Below the pieces are notes generated by a model. The model saw only the letters and a list, made by a program, of their open reading frames with translations, ran no database searches and was not told where the DNA came from. Position numbers and translations under genes: made by a program. A stretch of DNA of 64,000 nucleotides from Octopus vulgaris (lineage: Eukaryota): contig OX597822.1 of assembly GCA_951406725.2 (NCBI GenBank), positions 7,750,001 through 7,814,000 on the forward strand, read 5' to 3'. Shown here in pieces: positions 1 through 12,331 of this stretch. Numbering within the stretch: position 1 is the first letter of the stretch; each line of letters opens with the position of its first letter.

Positions 1-40
1 CACATATATATGTATATACATATATATATATAAATATACA

Positions 41-112
<72 letters not shown>
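1..112. repeat. (TA)n microsatellite, representative of dozens of TA/CA/GA tracts in the window
   Basis: Direct dinucleotide tract. Similar tracts at e.g. 2227-2325, 6500-6576, 18725-18790, 26130-26222. Confidence 0.95.
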
Positions 113-114
<2 letters not shown>

Positions 115-115
<1 letters not shown>

Positions 116-635
116 GAGCAAAATGCCCCCCGTCCAATGGACGGTGCTGAGTTGTCAAACATTTAAATCAAATTTTCTCAAAACAACTTGTCCAACCGTC
201 CCATAGGCCTCCCCTTTGAGAAACACTGATTTAACCTAAATTTGAGACACCAGCGAAAGAAGAAATAAAGATTGACTTTTTTTATATTCCAAAGAAAAAA
301 GATTTTATTCACACAAATATGGAAACGAAGGGTTTAAAATGCCAGTAATGATAAGGCTGTTGACTGGGGAACACAAACATGGTTTAAACAGTAAGCTTGG
401 CAGAAAAGAAACGTGCCTTTAAGCAGTACCAAAACAGCAAAAAATGGAAGATGCAATTATGTCCAAGTTGACGGAAGAAAAGCAAGACAAAACAGGGCTT
501 TATCGATTGGATTCTCACCTGGAATCGATTTTTGTAAGTTTTTCATATCAAATTTGAGCGCCATCGGATGGAGGGTGCCCGAGATCCGAGAAGACACACA
601 CAGATATAGATAGACAGAACGGATTTTAGATAAGG
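115..635 (-). mobile_element. Non-autonomous Helitron-like element
   Basis: On the minus strand the 3' end has hairpin CCGTCC-ATT-GGACGG about 12 nt before a CTCG terminus (variant of CTAG). The 5' part has the TCTGTC-type microsatellite seen in the other Helitrons here. Confidence 0.55.
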
Positions 636-699
636 TATATACATACATATATATATATGTGTGTGCATGTGTGACTGTGTGCGTGTATGTGTGTGTATG

Positions 700-736
<37 letters not shown>

Positions 737-939
737 ATGTATACACATATGTATATATACACATACATATATACATATAGATCTGTGTCTGCTTACACAT
801 ACATATACATACACGTATACAACATCACATACATATTTATCTGTCAGTCTATCTAGGTATATGTCCCTCTGTCTATCTATAAATGTGTGCTGGGGTGACT
901 GTTATGTATGTACCTGTTGTGTATGGATATATGAACGTC

Positions 940-1830
940 TGAACCGAGGTATGTATACTTTCATAAAATTTTCTTGATAGTGGTTCAAAATATTGGAAAG
1001 TATGTTCAAGCACCTTCACAAAATAAATTGCCATAGAAATTATATTTTTACGTGTATTGTGTAATTTAAAAATGAATCTTTAACGCATACAAGCCCGCCA
1101 CTATCTCTCTATTTATCTATGTATCAATGTATCTATATATATACATATATAAAATACATATGAATGAGTATACACACACAGGCAGACGTAGATTCATATA
1201 TGATTGTACGCTTGTTTTTATGTGAATTTTTTCTTTATATTTTGCATTAACTCAAGTAAATTTCTCCTTGGTTATGTAGAAGTGAGTATGCTATATATAG
1301 TTTCGCACGTTTCCTGTAAACGTGTTTTTGCATATTTATAGACGTGTGAATGTGTATATAAGCACACGTTTTAGTGAGTGTATGCGGCGATATATGTATG
1401 ATTCTAGATTGGTAGGTAGGTGGAACTAGTGGAATAAACGAATATAATCTACTTTAAATACATAAATCAGTATCACTTTTAGCGTCTGAACCCATAAATC
1501 ATCCCCTATTTGGGATGACATGAAGTCAATTTATATTCAGTTTTTGATTGATTTATAGTTCAACAAGACTTCTTTATTCATCTCAACTGCAAATTCTGTT
1601 GTGATGAACATTTCCCCAAACTTTGATCGTCACTGATTGCTTTAGATGTTGCAATGCACAGAACGAAATAGTAATTGGCTTATAACAAATTTCTATTCTG
1701 TCAAATCACTCTGAACAACAAGCGAATAGAAGCGGGCAACATATATCAGAAACTTACGAGGAAACGATGCTGTATTAATCAATGGAATTTTGTTTATGGG
1801 TCTTCACGTGTTAGAGGATCAATGCAAATT
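940..1830 (+). pseudogene. Decayed Toll-like receptor, C-terminal part (LRRCT-TM-TIR), unit T1
   Basis: Frameshift-tolerant reading gives LRRCT-like WFKIL..NYIFTC..FKNESL (~990-1090) and a hydrophobic stretch at ~1212-1250. TIR-like motifs: D-W/ELVE (~1407-1433), NISPNF (1607-1624), LDVAMHR, KRATYI (~1730-1747). Confidence 0.45.
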
Positions 1831-1991
1831 AGATATGGACCTTTTTATGAATGAGACTACCAGAATATGTATGCGTCAATATTTGTGTTTGTATGTGTAG
1901 ATATGCGTTCGAATATACATGCATACAGTTATATATAGATACATACATATGTAATATGTATGTATGTGTACGCATATATACAAATACATAC

Positions 1992-2053
<62 letters not shown>

Positions 2054-2223
2054 ACAATGATGTGAAAAAATGGTATTTACACAATTATATAAGCTTCAAT
2101 AGTAGAATGAAATGTATACGATGAGGTAAGACGTAAATGATTTATCGTCAATATCATTAGCATAATAGACATACGCATACACACATACATACATACATAC
2201 ATACATACAAACATACATATACA

Positions 2224-2329
<106 letters not shown>

Positions 2330-2887
2330 CGCATAAGTACGTATGCGAGTGTGTGTATACGTGTTTCTATATATATATATATATGTACAGAGAGAGAGGG
2401 AGAGAGACATTTATGGTATATGTTTCTGTGATCTTGTGCGCGGGTGTGTAAGCCTGTGTCAAAAATACAACATAGTATATTCACCAGACAAACCTTCTGA
2501 AAACAGCGGTTGCAAGAAATCATTTAATAGCGTTTAACATTTATGTTTTTGTTTTAGGGAAACATCATTATCGCTGGACGTTTTACATGTGTTTCTTTCT
2601 ACCTCAACACAATTATAACTCTCCAGCACTACTACTGCAATGTTAGGATACTCTATTCCACACACAACATGTTACGGTACATTATTGTGATTTGAAATAA
2701 CATCGTGAATGTTAAAGCCGTAAATGGTGATATCAGATGGACAGCGATGATATCTTACTCGCCATTTCTCAATATGGGCATCTGCTAACTGTTATCTGTA
2801 TTTACGATGTATCATCCCATACGTTTCAGCTATGAAATTGAATCAATGTTTGGTTGGTTCCTGAATGATACTAATTCAACGTGATGG

Positions 2888-5640
2888 ATGATATTGTTAT
2901 ACATAAAAATGTATTAAGATTAAACGTGATGTGTTTGAGTTTTCTCAATACAAGTGAAGTTGCGGTTGTATTACAGACGATAACTAATAAGAAGTACATG
3001 CGTTTCTGTTATACAAACTACTCAATCGTCCGTTCGAGTGTAAGCGATGTTTAGCGCTGGAATTCAAATTTTATCTTCTTCTGATAAATAACGTGTTCAA
3101 TTCCATTTGCATTTGGTTTTTCAATTTATATATTCTTCGTAATTATAGATACAGGTGTTCCACTAACATCTATAGAACAACATAGAAACATCAGGAGAAT
3201 TTCATGTTACCGCGTAAGAAATACGTATTTGTATATATGTAAATCGATTACGAAGTGAACTTTTAATACCGATCTTAGCATATATGAAATTCGAAATAAG
3301 AATGTACAATATGGAATTGATGACCCATAACCATATGTATTATAAACAATTGCAACACTAGGCTCTGAAATATTTATCACTTTTTAGGGTTATTCAGGTT
3401 TTGTAAATTCCTTAAGTCCCACTTTAGTAACTATTATACCGTGTTTTATTACAATGTAATACCACGAAGAAAATGTAGAGATAATAAAACGGATATATAG
3501 ATATTATCAATATATGACTTACGAAGTTCCTATAATCTATCATACATTGCTTCATCTGCCTTGAATTTTAATATACATGTGTATGTGGCCATGGTTAACA
3601 AGTTTTCATTTCAACATTACGTTACCACCTCCAAGAATAGCATCTCCGCTATGTGTAATCAGTCATTATCTTGGGCTGTTCAATGCCTTGAGAATGAAAT
3701 TTCGTAGTCGAAATAGTGGGAAGCCCATCCAAGCAACGTTTCTACTTCGGCGCGGTAGAGCTAAATTACCAACACTTTCAAAACAATCACTTCGCCAATG
3801 CTTACAATTAGCAGATGTTCTTTTACAGGACGTAATCAGGTTAAGTTTAAGGGATTGGCATAACTCCTTTCCACACATCAAGCAACAAGAAACTGTTGAG
3901 AAAATGATTTTGTTTTCTTTGATTTCAGTCAACAAAACATTAGTTTTCTATTTAGATAAACCGCCTCGATCACGTTTGTACTAGCGTTAACTATTCTTCG
4001 GCGTTATATATACCAGGATACGGATTTAGAGACATATATTTATACAACAGTCTCATAAGTAAGTTATAGTTAAGATACACATATTTACTGAGTTGTATTC
4101 ACAATGATATCTGTTAATAATGAAGAGTCATAAAAATGTGAATTATATTCAATGGATGAATTGCATTAGCAACAATAGGAGCAAAGTGTAAAAAGTAAAC
4201 TGCAGATCATAAAACAACTAAAAATGTTGCTATATTTCTTTAATTAAAAGAAACACCTCTCATGATTTATAGCCGACAGCAATATTTGCTATGAATTTAT
4301 AGCCGTTAGCCACACAAACAATATATTCAATGATTTATTTTCAGGAAATTTAATTAATTCAAAACAATACCTCTCTTTACTTTTTGAATTCAGTATTTTG
4401 CATTATATTACTTTTTTTTTTTTTTGCTTACGTATAATCGTTATAGAATTTCTTTTAATTCAATATTTTTGTTATTTCTATTGATATTCTTTAAATCTCC
4501 TGCCAATGCTACTGTTGCTGTTTCACCAGTCTATAACATGCTTCGATTACAAAACTGTCTGCAACCACCAATTTTCACTAATATTTTGTACTCCTAGCAG
4601 TTTTGCAAAAGGTCAGCTTGATATCGACATGGTACGACCATTTGTAAATTTCTGAATATTGATCCGTTCAATACCAGAAATGACTTGATGGTATGCACAT
4701 CCGCTCTCATTAGAACCCCGTTCAGTACACAAACTACTAATACATTCATTGCATGAATGCTTGGAATTTCGCTGATTGCTTAAAATGATATGGTGATAAG
4801 TAAGTATAGTTATACGAATTTGTATTAATCACCGAAAGTGGTATTGTCAATAAGCACTCAGTTTAAAGCAGTCAACAGCAGTGGGTAAAGTAGCAATAGA
4901 TAGTAAAAGTACACATGATATCACTTATACTATCAGAAACTAGTTTGGTGCACTACAATCGTGTTAAGATTACCAATAAATCGATATCACCATCTCATCT
5001 GCCCTCTTAATTATAATGATAGTCAATCTTTTCTATGAGGCGCATATACTCTGTAATCAGAAACTGCTGTGAAATTTGATATTTAATCATTAGACCTAGT
5101 TTCATTGGGATGCAATAAAGATAAAGAGAAACATTCATGTATTTGCCGTCCAAAGTCCCAATTGACAGAGGCACCAATCACCACTGGTTGCCATTTTTCG
5201 ATTTCTGACAATAATTGTTATTAACAATAGTCATCTTCTCCTTAGGGATGTAATCTGAATTGAATAAATTCAGTTCAGCTCGTCACATGACATATGTAAC
5301 TGCGCATTTAACTACGTGAGGTACTTAGATAGATTGCGTCAGAAGTAGAGCGCCAATACACATACCTGAAACATATTATATAACAAGTAAAGATAAATGC
5401 TACTAATAAATGATGTGGTACACACTATTTGAAAGCGGACATATACTTTGCCCCGCGTGACTTTCTCATCACCAAGGTAACTGCACACCTATTTATGGTA
5501 TGGGTAGCTTTCTCCCAAATTTAGCTTACCGATATCTATATTGGAAGAAACTTTTCTAAGTTGGCCCAGAATGACGAGCATGCTCGACACTCAGAAAGCT
5601 GAGTTGCTACTGAGTTAACGATCCTCTGGCGTGTAAACGA
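2888..5640 (+). pseudogene. Decayed single-exon Toll-like receptor, unit T2
   Basis: Signal-like MILLHKNVLRLNVMCLSF, then LRRNT-like C-G-C..FC, then multiple LRR-like segments (GIQILS..DN, LKYLSLF, ORF 3577-3984, LVHYNRV). LRRCT LCNQKLL* (5049-5072) and C.PKSQL..API; TM LLLTIVIFSLG (~5215-5247); TIR ILCP/RDF (5456-5464) and TFLSWP (5550-5567). Many stops and frameshifts. Confidence 0.6.
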
Positions 5641-5649
5641 AGCCTTGTA

Positions 5650-5975
5650 TTTTTAAGGCACTTATCTCGCTGCGAAATTTTCTACGAGACAATATTACAG
5701 CTAATTCATGATTGTATACGAATCAACAATGGTATAAATCCCATTATTTTAATCTGAGGTTATTTCTAGTGTGTAATTAAGACTTTTGTATGCCACATCT
5801 TACCAACTAAGAATATCTATCACACTCTCGACGTTTATATCACTTTGAAAGTGAGAATTTGATAGAAGAGAGTAAAGTGAAAAATTAGAAAGGAATAAAT
5901 ATCGTATTCCTTTACCACATATTATTGGGGAGAGGCAATAATCTTCATGCACCGAAGGGCACATACAAGGTAAGT
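5650..5975 (+). pseudogene. Possible further LRRNT/LRR fragment immediately after T2
   Basis: RCEIF..ILQLI..NGINPIIL and PHLTN*EYLSHS resemble an LRRNT plus first LRRs. Short and degenerate. Confidence 0.25.
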
Positions 5976-6496
5976 TGAAGATGATTGCATTTTGTTGCAG
6001 GTTTCTTTACGTCCCTGTTGGTGAGGGCGGTGATTGCATGTATAAGCAACATACGCATACAAATGTGTTGATTGTAGCCTTTGCATGTGAATTTGTATCT
6101 CTTTAAGTTTCAGTGCATAGATAAACGTGTGTGTAGTAGGGTTTATATATATTGTTTATTGAGTGAATAACAATGGATTAACGGATTCGCGCGACGAGTT
6201 ATATACGTGTATCGGAGCTGCAACGGGAATATATGGTCAGTAAGTATTTGTTTGTGAGAGAGTTTTGCGCGTGGCATTCTCCACGTTTGTGTGTGTGTAT
6301 GTGCGCGCGCGTGTTTGTGTGTGTGGGGGATTTGTGGGTGCGTGTGTGTGCGTGTGTATGAAGGTTTAAGAATGGGATATTCGTACTTGCACGTTTATTT
6401 TTATTTTTTTTCTGCGAATTACAGTGCACGAGGTTTTATAAGTTGTGTACTCGAGAATGATGATTCCTGTATGTTATAACAATATATAACATACGT

Positions 6497-6577
<81 letters not shown>

Positions 6578-6580
<3 letters not shown>

Positions 6581-7911
6581 TGGGGAGAATTCACAAAAAA
6601 AATGACGAAGACAGGTGGTGTAGACAACAAACAGATGTATTAGTTTAACGCTAGGGAAGTGAAAAAGTCTTTAACGATTAGAGCATACGCTCTTCCACAG
6701 AACGCAACACAGAAAGAGACAGGAAAAAAAACAGAAAATAAAGAATAAGAAGTGGCTAGCGATCTATCATGGCGAATGCCGAACAGAGGTGTCACACTGG
6801 ACAACTAGTGAAGAAGGGGAGATAATAAAGTAGTGGTGATCCCAAACAAAAGGTGCGCGTGCTTGTATATAAGAGAGCATATATGTGCGTGTGGAAGAGG
6901 GCTGGTGACTTTGACGTGTACGTGTGTGCATGTGTAGGTGTGTGGATGATGATGTGGGTGCTGGGAAGTAGTCAGTGCGAGTGTGTGCGACGTGGTGGGA
7001 TGTGATGTGGTGTTGTGTGGTATGGTGTTGTGTGCTGTGGTGGTATTGTGATGTATAGAGAAAGGCAGAGGGAGCAGGAGATGACATTGGTAGAAGTGCA
7101 GCTGAAGGATTCGGTGATATGATAGGGTTGATTATGGGTGCCATTGAGGAGGGTGGTGTTGGAGAGGGCAAATGCGACAGCATGGGCGGGAGAAAGGGTA
7201 CGAGACGGGTTGGGAGATTGGGTTAGGGAAAAAGATGTGGACCAAGAGGTCTCGTAAGCTGTGGGTTTGGTTAGGGAACATGTGCGAAGTGGAGGAGTCG
7301 AACTGGAGTCGCCGGAAGGCTCGAAGAGTAGTGTGTTGGAGAGGTAGGGTGATGGGAAGGTAGGTTAGGGCAAACAGGAGACGGCGGTGCGAGTGCGGGG
7401 GGAAAGAGAGCAGATGCACGGTCCGCGGAACGTGCTCAGGCAAGGGCGGTGTGGATAATAGGGAGGGTTATCCACGTAATATGAAGAGGTGTTGAGACTG
7501 AGTTTCAAAGTGTCATGGTTGTCACTGCAGAGTCTGTGAAGACGAAGGATTAGGGATCAGGGATGGAGAGCTTGGTGTGTCTAGGGTAGGAGGAGGAGAA
7601 GTTGAGATATGAGTGAGCCTGTGTGTTTCGAGTGGATGGAGGTGGTGAGATTGGAGGGATTAATGCTGATCGAAATTTCAAGAAAGGAGACAGAAGAGTA
7701 AGAGATAGTGCAGGAAAAGTGGAGGGCAAGATGGAAAGATTTGACAAAAGAGAGGAAGTTTGCGGGAGGGTGAGGTCGCACCGATACAGTTGTCAATATA
7801 ACGGCCATATATAGTTCGTGAGTGGGATCAGTGAAACGAGAATATTTGTGTCTCAGCGTAGCCAATGAACAGGTTCGCATAGTTAGGGTCCATTCTCGTT
7901 CCCATGGCCAC
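6578..7911 (-). mobile_element. Penelope-like retroelement relic (RT C-terminal half, linker, start of GIY-YIG, 3' pLTR)
   Basis: Minus-strand VAMGTRMDPNYANLFIGY, YGRYIDN (RYxDD), FH..LHF..IS..VSFLE, SYLNFSSSYP.H.K.SIP, LRLHRLCS, SLRDLLV, C..CP and ESFSCTSTNVI. Degenerate hammerhead at ~6666-6700. Confidence 0.85.
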
Positions 7912-7919
7912 AGTTGTAT

Positions 7920-8437
7920 ATACAGCTATATATGTATGTCCCTCTGCCTCTGCCTATCTCCTCTCTTTCCACGTGATCGTTCTTCTTGTTTGGACTACCA
8001 TCCGTGCAAAATCTGTATTCCTCCCCTTGCCTGTTATCATATATGTCCCTGCCGTAAGGCTTCACCTCCACACACGCCGGCTTAATTTAATTCGTCCTTA
8101 GTCGAAAGACACCTGTTGTTATATCCTGTTATTTGCATTTGTATTTGTGTTACATTTCTCCGTTTTTTTTCCGTCCTTGTTTTTGTATACATCCGCTGCT
8201 TTCTTCCAAGGAATATAATGCGCTTAGCTTAGTTTCCCCTTGAGGCTGGTAATATTGGAGTAACCTCGTGTTTAACCAACCGAAATTTCAAAGATAATCT
8301 GGAACTCGACTTCAAATGAGACGTCCGTGTTTTTCTTGTCCCTTTTTTTTGTATCATCTGTCTCGATGCTTTGTTGTCCCCTTATTGTATCATCCAGCTG
8401 TCAGGGTGTTTTGCGCCATTGTCCCAATTTTTGTATT

Positions 8438-8440
<3 letters not shown>
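7920..8440. repeat. Interspersed repeat, probably Penelope-associated, related to 27000-27380
   Basis: Shares TAGTCGAAAGAC...TACATCCG blocks with 27140-27210. Confidence 0.4.
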
Positions 8441-8486
<46 letters not shown>

Positions 8487-9403
8487 TTATATATTCAATG
8501 AATTATATACGAATTCTCGTTCGGGTTTTAATTCACATTAGCAATATAGCTATGTTTCATAAGGCACGCCATTCATAGCACACGTGTTTGCATGAGCAGC
8601 TCCATTCATATTGCATCTTTACACATTTCTTTTCTATCTATCAGCGTTTCCTCCCATTTATGCATTTCTTAATTCACAGATGAAGGAATTATATGCAAAA
8701 GTATAGCATAACGTGACGTCCTGTCGTTGCTTTTCTTGTTGCTATTCAATACACTTATTATGTTTCTGTGTTTTGAAAAATGCCACCAACTGATGGGCAT
8801 ATATTATCTTCTACATTTGCATCATTTCCTTCCTATTCTTAATTTTCCCTTTATATTTATTTCACCTTTTGCTGATTGCTGCTTGTAAAGTGACTGCCCT
8901 TATGCTTGTAACCAATGCAACAGGAACAGTTGTTTATGCAGATTTGACTTCCTTTGCAATGTCTGCACAGTATTACCGCCAACAAAATGCGTTCTACTGC
9001 ATGTTTAATGTAGTTGTTTATATTTTATTTTACGATATACCTCTGTTTTGTGTTACTTATTCATTTCTAAAGAAATGTACAGTTCTTTTTTTTCTTCCGC
9101 TGAACAGAAATTGTCATATATTTTCGTCTTCTGTTCTTTCTTACAAACTGGTTGGCCATATGACAGATCTAAGCTTGAATTTTAAGCTTACAATTTTTAT
9201 TACAACCTTATTTCCTTAAGTTCGCACATTTTGTTTGTAAATATGCGACAATTTTATAGTTTGATACATATAAAAGAAACACAGCATCGTACTGACTTGC
9301 CAAACACCGAAGTATATATATATTTATATTATATATTTTATTTTATCTACTTTCAGCTCACGAGCTGTGGCCATGCTAGGGCACCGCCATTAGCAATGTG
9401 TTA

Positions 9404-9523
9404 TGCTTACTGCACCTAGGTTTCCCCAAGCGGTCACCCATCTAAGTACTAACTAGGTTCGACGTTGCTTAACTTCGGTGATCAGACGAGAACCGGTGCT
9501 TTCAACGTGATATGGCCGTAAGC
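9404..9523 (-). rRNA. 5S rRNA: Full-length 5S rRNA copy (likely retroposed, or the head of a SINE3-like element)
   Basis: Reverse complement reads GCTTACGGCCATATCACGTTGAAAGCACCGGTTCTCGTCTGATCACCGAAGTTAAGCAACGTCGAACCTAGTTAGTACTTAGATGGGTGACCGCTTGGGGAAACCTAGGTGCAGTAAGCA. Terminal helix and internal control region are recognisable. No oligo-T terminator; a LINE-like tail follows instead. Confidence 0.92.
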
Positions 9524-9534
9524 CATATATATTC

Positions 9535-9710
9535 TTTTACTCTTTTACTCTTTTACTTGTTTCAGTCATTCGAGCTGTGGCCATGGACTTATTCTTTGTA
9601 AGCCTAGTACTTATTCTATCGGTCTCTTTTGCCGAAACGCTAAGTTACGGGGACATGAAAACACCAGCATCGGTTGTCAAGCGATTTTGGGGGGGACAAA
9701 CACAGACACA

Positions 9711-9797
<87 letters not shown>

Positions 9798-9914
9798 GAC
9801 AGGCTTCTTTCAGTTTCCGTCGACCAAATCCACTCACAAGGCTTTGGTCGGCCCAAGGTTATAGTAGAAGGCACTTGCCCAAAGTGCCACGCAGTGGGAC
9901 TGAACCCGGAACCA
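9535..9914 (-). mobile_element. tRNA-derived SINE family A (internal CA/TA microsatellite), 5'-truncated
   Basis: B-box-like GGTTCAGTCCC and (GAGTAAAA)n tail. Homologous to 27866-28291. Confidence 0.85.
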
Positions 9915-10484
9915 TATATACTTACTGCTAAGGAACTGATGTACAGGTTATTTGAAGTAATATGTTAGCTATACATGCTTGGCGAATATCTTTTTAAACA
10001 ACCATCCTATTTTCCCTACTTCATGTATAGTTTGAGATTAGATTACTGAAGGCGTAATAAAATGTCATTAAATACGTGAGACACCTCTCCATAGCAAGCA
10101 GGTTATTCAGTATATCAAAGAGTGCTTAATGCGTTTACACTTCACATCAATGGCAACTTGTATTTCAGAATAATCTACCAATATAATGCAAGCAACATAT
10201 AGTGTCGAAGAGATTCTGTCATATTTGGTGCCTTCTCAGTAAAATGTTGGAATATTCATTGGTCATAATCAGAAACTGTATAAATTTTAACAATCCCGAA
10301 CGACGGAAAGTGACAAAATATGTTAAAGTACTCGTTAAACCGCTTTAAAATGTATTACACTTTATCTTTGGCCAATTTATAAGGATGATCATCATACAGT
10401 TCTATATTTAAGAGGTGAGGAATTATGTATATCATTTACATTATTTACAATTGACAGATATTTGTCCTCATCTTGTTTGTTGTT

Positions 10485-10527
10485 AACACGTTTCGGCTGA
10501 TATACCCTCCAGCCTTCATCAGGTGTC
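10485..10527 (-). ncRNA. Type I minimal hammerhead ribozyme motif (cleavage triplet deleted)
   Basis: GACAC-CTGATGA-A-GGCTG(10 nt)CAGCC-GAAAC-[GTT missing]-GTGTT. Confidence 0.7.
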
Positions 10528-10632
10528 TTGGGGAAATATATGTGTTGTCAGCAGATTTTATTTTATAATGCCCTCAACCTGGGTCCTCATTCCTAAGGTA
10601 ATTCTCGATGTTGTTGTTGTTGCTGAAGTTAC

Positions 10633-10727
<95 letters not shown>

Positions 10728-10869
10728 CGATCACTGCCTGGAATTGAACTCAGAATCTTGGACTTAGTAGCCCGCGCTCTTAACCACTTTGCCATATGCC
10801 CATGGGCATATGGCGTAGTGGTTAAGAGCGCGGGCTACTAAGCCCAAGATTCCTTCCAGGCAGAGATCG

Positions 10870-10947
<78 letters not shown>

Positions 10948-11029
10948 CAACAACAGCAACAACAACAACATCATCAACAACTTCGAAAAATACCTTAGGA
11001 ATGAGAACCGAAGTTCAAAATTTCCGCAA

Positions 11030-11075
11030 GACACCTGGTGAAGAGTGGAGGGTATATCACCCGAAACGTTGTGTT
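11030..11075 (+). ncRNA. Type I minimal hammerhead ribozyme motif (core variant CTGGTGA)
   Basis: GACAC-CTGGTGA-A-GAGTG(10 nt)CACCC-GAAAC-GTT-GTGTT. Stem I GACAC/GTGTT; palindromic AACGTT stem III. Confidence 0.7.
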
Positions 11076-11252
11076 AATAACAAACAAGATGAGGACAAAT
11101 ATCCGTCAATTTTAAATAATGTAAATAATGATGATGATCATGATTATCATGATAGTATATATTCATTGTCATCTGAACGATGGATGTGTAACACGTTCAC
11201 TTGCGCCGTTTTACAACATTCGAAATGACATGAGCTATCAGTATATATGTAA

Positions 11253-11354
11253 CTAGCAGTATCGCCCGGCGTTGCTCGGGTTTGTAAGGGAAATAACTAT
11301 ATAAGCATTTTTAGAGAGTTACTTCCCTTATATAACCCAAGCAAAAATCATTAA

Positions 11355-11415
<61 letters not shown>

Positions 11416-11563
11416 CGATAGACTGCCTGGAATTGAACTCAGAATCTTGGACTTAAGATACCCGCTTTTGGTTACACTGCACCGCAAAATGTGGGAGTAG
11501 TTAGGAATCTAAATCGGAGGAGACAGAGCCTCACATACACAACTTGAATTTTATATATAACGA
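11253..11563 (-). mobile_element. Non-autonomous Helitron family H1, internally rearranged copy
   Basis: 5' TC, 3' hairpin CCCGAGCAACGCCGGG and CTAG terminus, inserted at A|T. Homologous to 24059-24450 and 47785-48180. Confidence 0.85.
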
Positions 11564-11839
11564 TAAAGTTTCAAGGATGACGATGACGACAATCATGATG
11601 TGGATGAAGAGGAGGAGGATGGGGATGCCGTCGACGATGACGATGATTATGGCGACAAGAATGAAGATAACGACGAGAACGACAATGCTGACGGTTGTGC
11701 CACCTACTTTTTAAAGGGTCACTTCTACTTTGGGTTTATCATGGAACTCCACAGAGCCAATATCAATCTGTAGTATATATTCTGATTGTCATCTGAACGA
11801 TGGATGTGTAATTTGGGAGGCAGCAAGTAATCTTGTCAT

Positions 11840-12288
11840 TTTATCGACTCTCACCCATTTGAATATGTGTAGTTGAGTTAAGATTCCTGTTCAAGTGAGG
11901 GAATCCTCGCTTCACAGTTCTTTCAGTCTCATCCAGTTGCTCTTTACGGATGCTACTCCTCGTCTCATTGATTTTTGTCTTTGTTGTGCTGTGTGTTGAT
12001 CTTAGTGGTGGTAGTGGTGAAGGCGGGGAAGTTCTCTTCCATTTGAATGCTTTTTGCGAGGATTTCGTTTTAGAGATGCAGTTGGACTTGTGTGATTCGT
12101 TCCGGATTTTGTTGATTAGAAAAAATTGTGTTATTTTAATAAATTTTCTTGACGCCATCTTCTCCCATTTACAGTATAAAGTTTCCACACCGGAAATGTA
12201 GAGTGCGGATGAAGTTGGAGGCTGGTTTTCGCCTGTGTCACTGTGTGTAACTGTGTCTGGAAGTGACGAGGGATGAGGGAGGAATAGT

Positions 12289-12331
<43 letters not shown>

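Larger units (their letters stand above)
8560..10390 (-). mobile_element. Possible highly decayed Mutator-like transposase, interrupted by the 5S chimera and a SINE
   Basis: Weak minus-strand motifs QLFLLHWLQA* and CKHV (SWIM-like). Very degenerate. Confidence 0.2.
10397..11128. mobile_element. Head-to-head inverted dimer of a tRNA-headed, hammerhead-bearing SINE-like element
   Basis: Spacer-less palindrome centre at 10802/10803 (GCCATATGCCCA|TGGGCATATGGC). Each arm has A-box TGGCGTAGTGG-like sequence, (TAA)n and a hammerhead-like motif. B-box GAGTTCAATTCC is intact in the left arm. Confidence 0.85.

Noticed and set aside
457-977. ORFs rich in YI/HT/CV, and poly-N, poly-I, poly-L or IYLS ORFs throughout the track
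   Set aside because: Translations of TA, CA, TAA and GATA microsatellites, not genes.
2558-2680. Possible exon after a TTTTAG acceptor
   Set aside because: No recognisable protein, no convincing donor site and no partner exons.
3577-3984. 135-aa ORF as an intact gene
   Set aside because: Best explained as a surviving frame within TLR pseudogene T2, flanked by stops and frameshifts.
10808-10865. tRNA gene
   Set aside because: No complete cloverleaf or acceptor stem. These are SINE heads, as at 18877 and 53488.
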